Source: Eubacteriales bacterium (GTDB lineage: Bacteria; Bacillota; Clostridia; Oscillospirales; JAAYXM01). Taken from it: DNA of 64,000 nt. The position numbers and the translations under genes were made by a program. The notes beneath the pieces were generated by a model, which had not been told where the DNA came from, did not search any database, and saw only the letters and a program-made list of their open reading frames with translations. The stretch covers positions 6,158-70,157 of the forward strand of contig JAZQIE010000072.1 of the NCBI GenBank assembly GCA_045540975.1, given 5' to 3'. This document shows, piece by piece, positions 12,800-20,100 of the stretch (position 1 is its first letter; the number at the start of each line of letters is the position of its first letter).

Positions 12800-13591
12800 T
12801 TATGCGACCAAGAATTTGTATTTGATTACGCTGTAAAGCGGAACGAACGGAATCATGATAGGGGTGCGGGATTTGTAGGCAATGTATTCCGGATTCTCGC
12901 CGTAGTTTTTGTCTTGGCGGAGCTCCAAACGTCGCGCACCGCTGAACATGACATAGACAATGCCGAGGTATCCGAGAAGTGCAAAGACCCATTGCACCAC
13001 ACCTGCGAGGACATTCACCGCGGAGAGCAAAACCCCGGTCCAGAAAATCAGCTCGCCCAGGTAATTCGGGCAACGCACGATGCGGAAGAGACCCGTGTCG
13101 CAAAAACGGGTGGGATGCTGTTTCTTTGCGCGGCTTTTTTGAATGTCGGAGACCGATTCGAAGAGAATGCCGAAGAGCATGACCGCGGCACCCACATAGC
13201 ACCAAGCATCACTTCCGCCTGCGTTTTCCAAACGGAAGTAAACGGGCAGGACCTGAAGGACATACAATGCGGCGCAGGTCACCCAAATCGCACATTTGAC
13301 CCCGAATTTCATGGTGCTTCCGTCTTTGATTTCGGTTTTCATGGTGCGGTTGTAAGACGCGCTTTTACGCTCGCGGAGGAGCAAAAATCCGCCAAGGCGC
13401 ATCCCGTAAACAAAGAGAAGCGCGCAGGTGAGCAGTGTCCCAAGGCTGAGGGAGTCACGGTACAACACCGCAAGCAACACCCCAAGCCCCGCGATGGAAA
13501 ATCCGTAGCCGAGCGAGATGAAATACACGTATTTGTAAAATCCGATGCTGCTGATGAGAAGCGCGGCAAGGGCGAGATACATCCAATTCAT
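12800..13591 (-). CDS. DUF1295 / steroid-5-alpha-reductase-ICMT-like membrane protein
   Basis: A multi-pass membrane protein with GLFRIVRCPNYLGELIFWTG (the xHPNYxGE-type motif of this superfamily). The start is placed at ATG 13591, after GGAGGTG. Confidence 0.6.
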   Translation of the reverse strand: MNWMYLALAALLISSIGFYKYVYFISLGYGFSIAGLGVLLAVLYRDSLSLGTLLTCALLFVYGMRLGGFLLLRERKSASYNRTMKTEIKDGSTMKFGVKCAIWVTCAALYVLQVLPVYFRLENAGGSDAWCYVGAAVMLFGILFESVSDIQKSRAKKQHPTRFCDTGLFRIVRCPNYLGELIFWTGVLLSAVNVLAGVVQWVFALLGYLGIVYVMFSGARRLELRQDKNYGENPEYIAYKSRTPIMIPFVPLYSVIKYKFLVA

Positions 13592-13659
13592 AAAAAACAC
13601 CTCCGTGTAAAATGATAGTACCATTTTACACGAAACAGAAGTGTTTTTCAAGGAAAGGC

Positions 13660-13688
13660 TTGACGAAGTTTTTTTGATGAGATAAACT
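13660..13688 (+). promoter_or_regulatory. Candidate sigma-A promoter for nagA
   Basis: TTGACG (13660-13665), a 17-nt spacer and TAAACT (13683-13688). Confidence 0.5.
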
Positions 13689-13719
13689 AAAAACACAACA
13701 GAAGCGGGAGGAAGCCCCA

Positions 13720-14784
13720 ATGATTATTTGTAATGCGAAACTTCACGGCGGTTTGAAGAATGTTGAACTCTCGGACGGAAAAATCGTAAAAATTTCCGAG
13801 AATACGGGAAAAGGCGATCTGGATGCAAAGGGGATGTGTGTCATCCCGGGGCTGATCGACATTCACACCCACGGTTACGGCGGAATCGACTGCGACGGGG
13901 ATTGGGAAGCGCTCAGCCGTGCGTATGCGGCGGCAGGCACCACCTCATTTTTGGCAACCGCGGGCACGATTCCGATGGAAAAAATGCGCGAATATAACGA
14001 CCGCCCGCGTACCGTGAGCGGGGCAAATATCCTCGGAATGCACTACGAGGGTCCGTATATCAACCTTGCACGCAAGGGCGGGATGGATGAACGCTATGCG
14101 CTTGACCCGATAGCGGAGGACTTCCTGGTGCTGAACAACGCGAAGGTGGTATCTGTTGCACCGGAACTTCCGGGGGCAATGGAATTTATCCGCAAAGTGA
14201 GTCAGGCCGGGGTGCACATCGCGCTCGGTCATACAACTGCGGATTACAAGATCGCATTGGAGGCGTTCCAAAACGGGGCACAAGGTCTCACCCATATGTT
14301 CAACGCGATGCCGGGGATGCTTCACCGTGACCCCGGTCCCATCGGCGCTGCGCTCATGAGCGGGAATTATGTCCAGCTTATCTGCGACGGATTCCATGTT
14401 TCCCCGCCGGTGATTTATGCGGCGTTTAAGATGTTTGGGGACAAGGTGGTCATGATCTCGGATTCGGTTCAGCACGGCGGTCTGCCCGATGGCGTGTATC
14501 CGCCCACAGACGGCGTCCGCCCGATTGTGGTCAAAAACAAAACCGTCATGACCGAGGACGGTACCATTGCGGGCAGTTACAAATGCCTGCTTGACGGTAT
14601 TAAGGTCTGCGTGGAGGTGGGTGTCCCGTTTGATGTTGCGGTGGATGCCGCAACCCGTGTCCCGGCAGAACTTCTCGGTGTCAACAAAGGCAGAGTCAAA
14701 GCAGGCTTTGACGCCGACCTCCTCATCGTGGATGACGAGATCAATTTGAAACACGTGATTTTGCGTGGGGAATTGTTTGAGTAA
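13720..14784 (+). CDS. nagA: N-acetylglucosamine-6-phosphate deacetylase-like amidohydrolase
   Basis: PGLIDIHTHGYGGID, HYEGPYIN, ALGHTTADY and LTHMFNAM follow the NagA motif order. Confidence 0.8.
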   Translation: MIICNAKLHGGLKNVELSDGKIVKISENTGKGDLDAKGMCVIPGLIDIHTHGYGGIDCDGDWEALSRAYAAAGTTSFLATAGTIPMEKMREYNDRPRTVSGANILGMHYEGPYINLARKGGMDERYALDPIAEDFLVLNNAKVVSVAPELPGAMEFIRKVSQAGVHIALGHTTADYKIALEAFQNGAQGLTHMFNAMPGMLHRDPGPIGAALMSGNYVQLICDGFHVSPPVIYAAFKMFGDKVVMISDSVQHGGLPDGVYPPTDGVRPIVVKNKTVMTEDGTIAGSYKCLLDGIKVCVEVGVPFDVAVDAATRVPAELLGVNKGRVKAGFDADLLIVDDEINLKHVILRGELFE

Positions 14785-14794
14785 AAAGATATTA

Positions 14795-14830
14795 AGCCGA
14801 AAAGACAAAAGGTTGTCTTTTCGGCTTTTT
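14795..14830 (+). terminator. Terminator after nagA
   Basis: AGCCGAAAAGACAA-aagg-TTGTCTTTTCGGCT is followed by TTTT. Confidence 0.85.
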
Positions 14831-14871
14831 CGATAGTCGGGGAAGGTGAGATATCAACTGCGTTTGTGTGA

Positions 14872-15018
14872 GATGATGTTATGCTTTGCATAATGATGTT
14901 GCTCCTATCGTCGCAATGATGCGATGTTTGCCATGAAATGTGGCGAAGCCACACATCATTTGCGAAGCAAACAGCATCAGGCACAGCCGTCATCATTTGC
15001 CAACGGCAAACATCATTG
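14872..15018. repeat. Block of short hairpins flanked by CATCAT/ATGATG motifs (unclassified)
   Basis: The units are GATGATG-TTATGC-ttt-GCATAA-TGATG (14872-14898), TGTGGC-gaa-GCCACA (14939-14953), CATCAT-TTGC-gaa-GCAA-ACAGCATCA (14954-14979) and CATCAT-TTGCC-aac-GGCAA-ACATCAT (14991-15016). Left-half motifs are reverse complements of right-half motifs. Confidence 0.5.
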
Positions 15019-15050
15019 AAAAAAGCACTTGCTTTCGCAAGTGCTTTTTT
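15019..15050. terminator. Bidirectional terminator (3' of tRNA-Arg on the minus strand; also closes the repeat block on the plus strand)
   Basis: AAAAAAGCACTTGC-tttc-GCAAGTGCTTTTTT, an 8-bp GC-rich stem with a symmetric A6/T6. Confidence 0.85.
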
Positions 15051-15051
15051 C

Positions 15052-15126
15052 TGGCACCCCCTGCGGGAATCGAACCCACAACGGCCCCTTAGGAGGGGGC
15101 TGTTATATCCATTTAACTAAGGAGGC
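15052..15126 (-). tRNA. tRNA-Arg (anticodon CCU), CCA encoded
   Basis: The reverse complement GCCTCCT-TA-GTTA-AATGGATA-TAAC-A-GCCCC-CTCCTAA-GGGGC-CGTT-GTGGG-TTCGATT-CCCGC-AGGGGGT-G-CCA folds as a 75-nt cloverleaf. The anticodon loop C-U-CCU-A-A and the T-loop TTCGATT are present. Confidence 0.9.
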
Positions 15127-15144
15127 ACGGATGGACTTGGTACC

Positions 15145-15173
15145 ATTTTACAACAAAATGAAAAATAAATCAA
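15145..15173 (-). promoter_or_regulatory. Candidate promoter of tRNA-Arg
   Basis: On the minus strand: TTGATT (15173-15168), a 17-nt spacer and TAAAAT (15150-15145), about 18 nt upstream of the mature 5' end. Confidence 0.55.
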
Positions 15174-15262
15174 AAATTTTTTGGATTTTATAGAAAAGTG
15201 ACTGAAAATTTGGTATGATATAAAAGTGAAAGAATTGCCCGAATGAAATGGAGGGACCCAAG

Positions 15263-15577
15263 ATGAGTGAAAAGTTTTCCTTTACCGTTGCAGGCGCGGA
15301 GTATACCCTGCGCGCAGACCGTGAGGCGGAGTACATCAAAACCGTTGCGGCGCATTTGGATGCAAAGGTTTGCGGCTTTTTGCAAAACCCGAACATGACC
15401 TTGGGAGAGGCCGCCATTTTGGCAGGGATGGATTTGGGGGACGAGTACTATCAGGTGCTGGAAACCAACGAGACCCTGCGCGGACAAATCAAAGAACAGT
15501 TGGAAGAAATTGCCCGCCTGACCGCGGAAAATACAAGCCTTGCCCGTGAACTTGCGCGGCTCAAGGAACAAGGATAG
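15263..15577 (+). CDS. zapA: Cell division protein ZapA
   Basis: A roughly 104-aa protein, FSFTVAGAEYTLRADREAEYIKTVAAHLDAKV, followed by a C-terminal coiled coil (LRGQIKEQLEEIARLTAENTSLARELARLKE). GGAGGG precedes the ATG at 15263. Confidence 0.8.
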   Translation: MSEKFSFTVAGAEYTLRADREAEYIKTVAAHLDAKVCGFLQNPNMTLGEAAILAGMDLGDEYYQVLETNETLRGQIKEQLEEIARLTAENTSLARELARLKEQG

Positions 15578-15588
15578 GAAGATAGATT

Positions 15589-17685
15589 ATGAAAACCCCG
15601 GAACTTCTGGCACCTGCCGGATCGTTTGAGGCGGTCATCGCCGCGGTCCAAAACGGTGCGAATGCGGTTTATCTGGGGAGTGGGGATTTTAACGCGCGCA
15701 GAAACGCGAAGAATTTCACCGATGAGGAGCTTTTGCAGGCGGTGGAATACTGCCGCGCGCGCGGTGTGAAGGTACACGTCACGCTGAATACGTTGGTGAC
15801 CGACCGTGAACTCGGTGAGGTGTCCAAGGTTGTGGAAAAAATCAACCGCTTCGGCGTGGATGCAATCATCGTTGCGGACCTCGGCATTGCCCGTATGATT
15901 CGTCAGATGGTGCCCGACCTTCCCATTCACGCATCCACTCAGATGACCGTTCACAATTTAGACGGTGTGCTTTGCGCGGCGGAGCACGGGTTTTCCCGTG
16001 TGGTGCTTTCGCGCGAGCTTTCCCGCGAAGAAATTCGCTATATTTGTATGAAAAGCCCGATTGAGATTGAGGTGTTTGCCCATGGCGCGCTTTGTATGTG
16101 CTATTCCGGGCAATGCTATTTCTCGGGCGTGGTGGGGCAGAGAAGCGGCAACCGCGGACTTTGCGCACAGCCGTGCAGACTGTCGTACCGCTTAAATGAC
16201 CGCACGGGTGACAAACCCCTTCTCAGCCTCAAGGACCTTTGCATGGCAGAGCATTTGCAGGAGCTTTGCGAGATGGGTGTTGCGAGCATCAAAATCGAGG
16301 GACGGATGAAGCGCCCCGAGTATGTTGCCGCGGTCATCCGCACCTATGCAAACTTACTCTCCGAACACCGCAAGCCCGAACGCGAGGAGCTTGAAATGCT
16401 CGAGCGCGTGTTCTCACGTCAAGGCTTTACCGACGGGTATTACACGAATCGGGTGGACCGCAAGATGTTCGGCACGCGTGTGGAGGAGAATCCGAACGAA
16501 TCGCAGGCGCTATACAAAGAACTGCGCAAGACCTATCAGGGCGAGCGCCCCACTCTTGGCATCCGTTTTTACTGTGTGGTGTGCAAGGGGCATCCCGCTC
16601 TGCTTGCCGCAGAGGATACCGACGGTTTCCGTCATGTGGTGAAGGGGCCGATCCCGGAGGATGCGCAGGTGAAGAGCCTGGACGCTGCCACTATCCGCGA
16701 GCAGCTGCGGAAAACCGGCGGCACTCCGTACGGTTATATCAACGCGAAAATCAAGGTGGATGACGGCCTTGCATTGCCGCTTTCCGCACTCAACGCGATG
16801 CGCCGCGAGTGTATTGAAGAACTCGCGCGCCAGCGCATGAATCCGCCGCGCCGCCCGTGTGAGGCATTTCAGCCCGGGGTACGGCTGCTCAACGAATCGC
16901 ACCAAATCGGATACACGGTATCGGTTTTACACGCAAAGCAGGTGAGTGAGGAGCTCTTAAAGCTGAATCCTGCGATGCTCATTGTTCCGCTCTCCGAAAT
17001 GGTACAAGTTTCCGACAAGCTTGCAAACTGGAGCGCGTATACCACCCTTTGTGTGGCGCTTCCGCGCATCATCCGTGACAAGGAGAAGGCGGAAATCACC
17101 GCGCAGCTGGATTTGGTGCATCAAAAAGGCGTGCGCCATGCTCTGGTGGGCAACATCGGGCATATCGCGATGGCAAAAGAGCGCGGATTTACCCTGCACG
17201 GGGATTTCGGGTTGAATGTATTCAACTCGCAGACCGTAAAAGAGCTTCGTCAGGACGGCTTTGAAACCCTCACCCTTTCGCCCGAACTCACACTCGCGCA
17301 GATTCGGGATATTTCCAAGGGGATTCCGTGTGAATTGCTTGTTTACGGCAGACTTCCGCTCATGTTACTGGAGCATTGTGTGGTCAAGAATACCACGGGA
17401 AACTGTGTGTGCAACAGCCCCCAGCATTTGACCGACCGCACAGGTGCGGCATTCCCGATTGTACGGGACGGCGCATCCCATCGCAATGTGATTTTGAATG
17501 CACAAAAGCTGTTCCTTGCAGATAAAAAGCGCGACTATTCCGCAATCGGAATTGCGACCGCGCGGATTATGTTCACCACCGAGCATCCCACCGAATGTGT
17601 CACGGTGCTCGAGCGGTATCTCGGCAAAAATGATTTTAAGCCGCCCAACTTCACACGCGGCTTGTATTATCGAGGTGTGGAATAA
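15589..17685 (+). CDS. Peptidase U32 family protein, long form (collagenase-like / TrhP-RlhA-type radical hydroxylase family)
   Basis: The N-terminus is PELLAPAGSFEAVIAAVQNGANAVYLG. The conserved Cys block is EVFAHGALCMCYSGQCYFS...GNRGLCAQPCR. The protein is 698 aa with a C-terminal extension. Confidence 0.85.
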   Translation: MKTPELLAPAGSFEAVIAAVQNGANAVYLGSGDFNARRNAKNFTDEELLQAVEYCRARGVKVHVTLNTLVTDRELGEVSKVVEKINRFGVDAIIVADLGIARMIRQMVPDLPIHASTQMTVHNLDGVLCAAEHGFSRVVLSRELSREEIRYICMKSPIEIEVFAHGALCMCYSGQCYFSGVVGQRSGNRGLCAQPCRLSYRLNDRTGDKPLLSLKDLCMAEHLQELCEMGVASIKIEGRMKRPEYVAAVIRTYANLLSEHRKPEREELEMLERVFSRQGFTDGYYTNRVDRKMFGTRVEENPNESQALYKELRKTYQGERPTLGIRFYCVVCKGHPALLAAEDTDGFRHVVKGPIPEDAQVKSLDAATIREQLRKTGGTPYGYINAKIKVDDGLALPLSALNAMRRECIEELARQRMNPPRRPCEAFQPGVRLLNESHQIGYTVSVLHAKQVSEELLKLNPAMLIVPLSEMVQVSDKLANWSAYTTLCVALPRIIRDKEKAEITAQLDLVHQKGVRHALVGNIGHIAMAKERGFTLHGDFGLNVFNSQTVKELRQDGFETLTLSPELTLAQIRDISKGIPCELLVYGRLPLMLLEHCVVKNTTGNCVCNSPQHLTDRTGAAFPIVRDGASHRNVILNAQKLFLADKKRDYSAIGIATARIMFTTEHPTECVTVLERYLGKNDFKPPNFTRGLYYRGVE

Positions 17686-18137
17686 TGAAACTCAAAGTAC
17701 GCGCGGTATCGGAAAAAATCGGGAGCGAGATTCCGCTTCCCGCATATGCGACCGAAGGGTCGGCAGGACTGGATTTGCGCGCGTGCATAGACGGTGCGGT
17801 CACCCTCCCTACGGGCGGACGTGCGCTGATTCCGACCGGAATTGCGATTGAGCTTCCGAGCGCGGAGACGGTTGCACTCGTCTTTGCGCGGAGCGGTCTC
17901 GCAATCAAGCACGGGCTTGCGCTTTCAAACGGCGTGGGTGTGATTGACAGCGACTACCGCGGCGAAATCAAGGTGGGGCTTATCAACCAAGGCGAGGAAG
18001 ACTTTACGGTCGAACCCGGTGAGAGAATCGCGCAGATGGTCATTATGCCGATTCTGCAGCCGGAAATCGAATTGGCAGAGTCTCTCTCGGATACCGACCG
18101 CGGTGCGGGCGGCTTCGGGTCGACCGGCACCAAGTAA
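17685..18137 (+). CDS. dut: dUTP diphosphatase
   Basis: PAYATEGSAGLDLRA, ARSGLAIKHG, GVIDSDYRGEI and the C-terminal RGAGGFGSTG are present. The ATG overlaps the upstream stop (TAATG). Confidence 0.95.
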   Translation: MKLKVRAVSEKIGSEIPLPAYATEGSAGLDLRACIDGAVTLPTGGRALIPTGIAIELPSAETVALVFARSGLAIKHGLALSNGVGVIDSDYRGEIKVGLINQGEEDFTVEPGERIAQMVIMPILQPEIELAESLSDTDRGAGGFGSTGTK

Positions 18138-18147
18138 GGAGATTTTT

Positions 18148-18717
18148 ATGGCAAAAGTGATCTTGGCATCCCAATCCCCACGCAGAAAAGAACTGTTGGG
18201 ACGCGTATTTGAATCGTTTGAGATCATTCCGTCGGGTGTGGAGGAGACTGCGGACGCCTCCTCGCCCTCCGAGTATGTGATGTCGCTTGCACGTGCAAAG
18301 GCGCAGGATGTGGCTTTCAGCGTGGATTCCGATACATTGGTCATCGGGTCGGACACGGTTGTGGTGCTCGACGGCAGGATTTTGGAGAAGCCAACCGACG
18401 AGGAGGATGCATTTCGGATGCTCTCCGCCATGTCGGGACGAATGCATGAGGTGTACACGGGTCTTGCGCTGTGTAAGGACGGCAAGACGGTGACCGATTT
18501 TGAAGTGACCAAGGTTTGGTTTCGCAGCCTCGGTGCGGATGCAATCCGCCGCTATATTGCATCGGGGGAGCCGATGGACAAGGCAGGGGCGTACGGCATC
18601 CAGCAAAAAGGCGCGCTTTTGGTCAAGGGCATTGAGGGGGACTACTTCAACGTGGTGGGACTCCCGCTCTGCAAGTTGTGTGAATTGTTGGAAGATTTGG
18701 GGTACACCACCCTTTGA
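18148..18717 (+). CDS. maf: Maf-like nucleoside triphosphate pyrophosphatase (septum formation protein)
   Basis: ILASQSPRRKELL, VIGSDTVVVLDGRILEKP, DKAGAYGIQ and GDYFNVVGLP are present. The start is at internal ATG 18148, after AAGGAG. Confidence 0.9.
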   Translation: MAKVILASQSPRRKELLGRVFESFEIIPSGVEETADASSPSEYVMSLARAKAQDVAFSVDSDTLVIGSDTVVVLDGRILEKPTDEEDAFRMLSAMSGRMHEVYTGLALCKDGKTVTDFEVTKVWFRSLGADAIRRYIASGEPMDKAGAYGIQQKGALLVKGIEGDYFNVVGLPLCKLCELLEDLGYTTL

Positions 18718-18731
18718 TGAGGTGAACGGAT

Positions 18732-19571
18732 TTGAGAGATATCTTTGAAAAGAAATGGGTCGCGATTTTTCTTGCCGCGGTGTTTCTGTGTCTGGTCATG
18801 GTGATTTGGTCGGCACTTTCACCCAGCCACGCGTCCCCGATTTCCAATCTTGTGAATATTCTGATTACTCCGATTCAGGACGGTGTGACTTGGGTGACAA
18901 ACGGTGCGAAATCCGTGGTGGATCACTATACCGCATACGATGAATTGGAAGCGGAGAATCAAAAGCTCCGCAAAGAGTTGGCGGACACACGCGGTGCACT
19001 CCGCGATGCCGACCATGCGATTTTGGAGAATGAGCAGTTACGTGCCGCACTCGGCATGAAAGAGAAAAACCGCTCGTTTGTGATGGAGCCTGCGGAAATC
19101 ATTGCCCGCAGCAACGAGACCTGGTCGCGCACCTTCACCATCGACAAGGGCACACTTTCGGGTGTGCAGATTGACAACTGTGTGGTCACGGTGGACGGTT
19201 TGGTGGGGTATGTGAGCGAGGTTGGGACCAACTGGGCAATGGTCACCACCATTGTGGACCCCTCGTCGCAGATTTCCGCCATCGCATCCCGTACCCGTGA
19301 GGTGGCAACCGCGGAAGGCAGCTTTGAACTCATGGGAGACAATCAGTTAAAACTCACGTATCTGGACAAAGAAACCAAGCTGGTGCAAGGGGATGCCGTG
19401 GAAACCTCGGGGTACGGCGGCATCTTCCCGAAGGGCTTGGTCATCGGCTCGGCATCCGAGGTCAGGCTTGAGACCCACGGCGCCTCCAAATACGCGATTA
19501 TCACACCTGCGGTGGATTTCCGCACCGTTACTCAGGTGTTGGTCATCAAATCCTTTGAAATGACGGAGTAA
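18732..19571 (+). CDS. mreC: Rod shape-determining protein MreC
   Basis: An N-terminal TM segment, a coiled coil (YDELEAENQKLRKELAD), then a beta-rich C-terminus with GLVGYVSEV and SGYGGIFPKGLVIG. The start is TTG. Confidence 0.85.
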   Translation: MRDIFEKKWVAIFLAAVFLCLVMVIWSALSPSHASPISNLVNILITPIQDGVTWVTNGAKSVVDHYTAYDELEAENQKLRKELADTRGALRDADHAILENEQLRAALGMKEKNRSFVMEPAEIIARSNETWSRTFTIDKGTLSGVQIDNCVVTVDGLVGYVSEVGTNWAMVTTIVDPSSQISAIASRTREVATAEGSFELMGDNQLKLTYLDKETKLVQGDAVETSGYGGIFPKGLVIGSASEVRLETHGASKYAIITPAVDFRTVTQVLVIKSFEMTE

Positions 19572-19575
19572 GAAA

Positions 19576-20100
19576 ATGGACAGCAGTAAACGTGCTTTTT
19601 ACAAATGGATTTCATATGGCATCCTCATCGCTGCGGTTATGATCGTAGAGAGTACTTTACTGTGCCGTCTTTCGGTTTTCTCCGCCACTCCGTCGCTGAT
19701 TCCGTATCTGGTTGCGGTCATCGCGATGCGTGAGGGCATCTCGGGTGCGGCAGGCATCGGACTCATGGCAGGCATCATCACCGATGCAATGGTCCCGTCT
19801 GTGACCGGTTTTTACACAATCACCTTTGTCATCTGCGGTATTGCGGTGGGGATTTTGTGCCGTGTGCTGTTTCAAAAGCACTATCCCGCCTCGCTGTTGT
19901 ATTGGCTGATTTGTCTGCTTATTAAGAATGTTGCATATTACGTGGTGGTATTTGTGCTGTGGGGCAGACCCATCGGCACCGAACTTTTTTGGCGCTGGGG
20001 CGGAGAAGTGCTTGCCACCTTGCTGTTTACCCCGCTTTTGTATTGGGCAGTTTGGAACATCAGCCGCAGATATCTGCGTGAGGAAGAGAGTGGCGTATGA
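19576..20100 (+). CDS. mreD: Rod shape-determining protein MreD
   Basis: A 174-aa multi-pass membrane protein directly after mreC. It overlaps PBP2 by 4 nt. Confidence 0.75.
   Translation: MDSSKRAFYKWISYGILIAAVMIVESTLLCRLSVFSATPSLIPYLVAVIAMREGISGAAGIGLMAGIITDAMVPSVTGFYTITFVICGIAVGILCRVLFQKHYPASLLYWLICLLIKNVAYYVVVFVLWGRPIGTELFWRWGGEVLATLLFTPLLYWAVWNISRRYLREEESGV

Noticed and set aside
14925-15020. A 31-codon ORF (MFAMKCGEATHHLRSKQHQAQPSSFANGKHH) ending right at the terminator, considered as a possible small protein or His-rich leader peptide.
   Set aside because: There is no Shine-Dalgarno sequence upstream of its ATG. The His codons are a by-product of the CATCAT repeat motif. There is no downstream gene to attenuate.
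14785-15130. An integrated mobile element or genomic-island junction at tRNA-Arg.
   Set aside because: There is no integrase, excisionase or phage gene nearby. I found no direct repeat of the tRNA 3' end (TGGCACCCCCTGCGGGAATCGAACC) elsewhere in the window. The flanking genes (nagA, zapA) are housekeeping genes.
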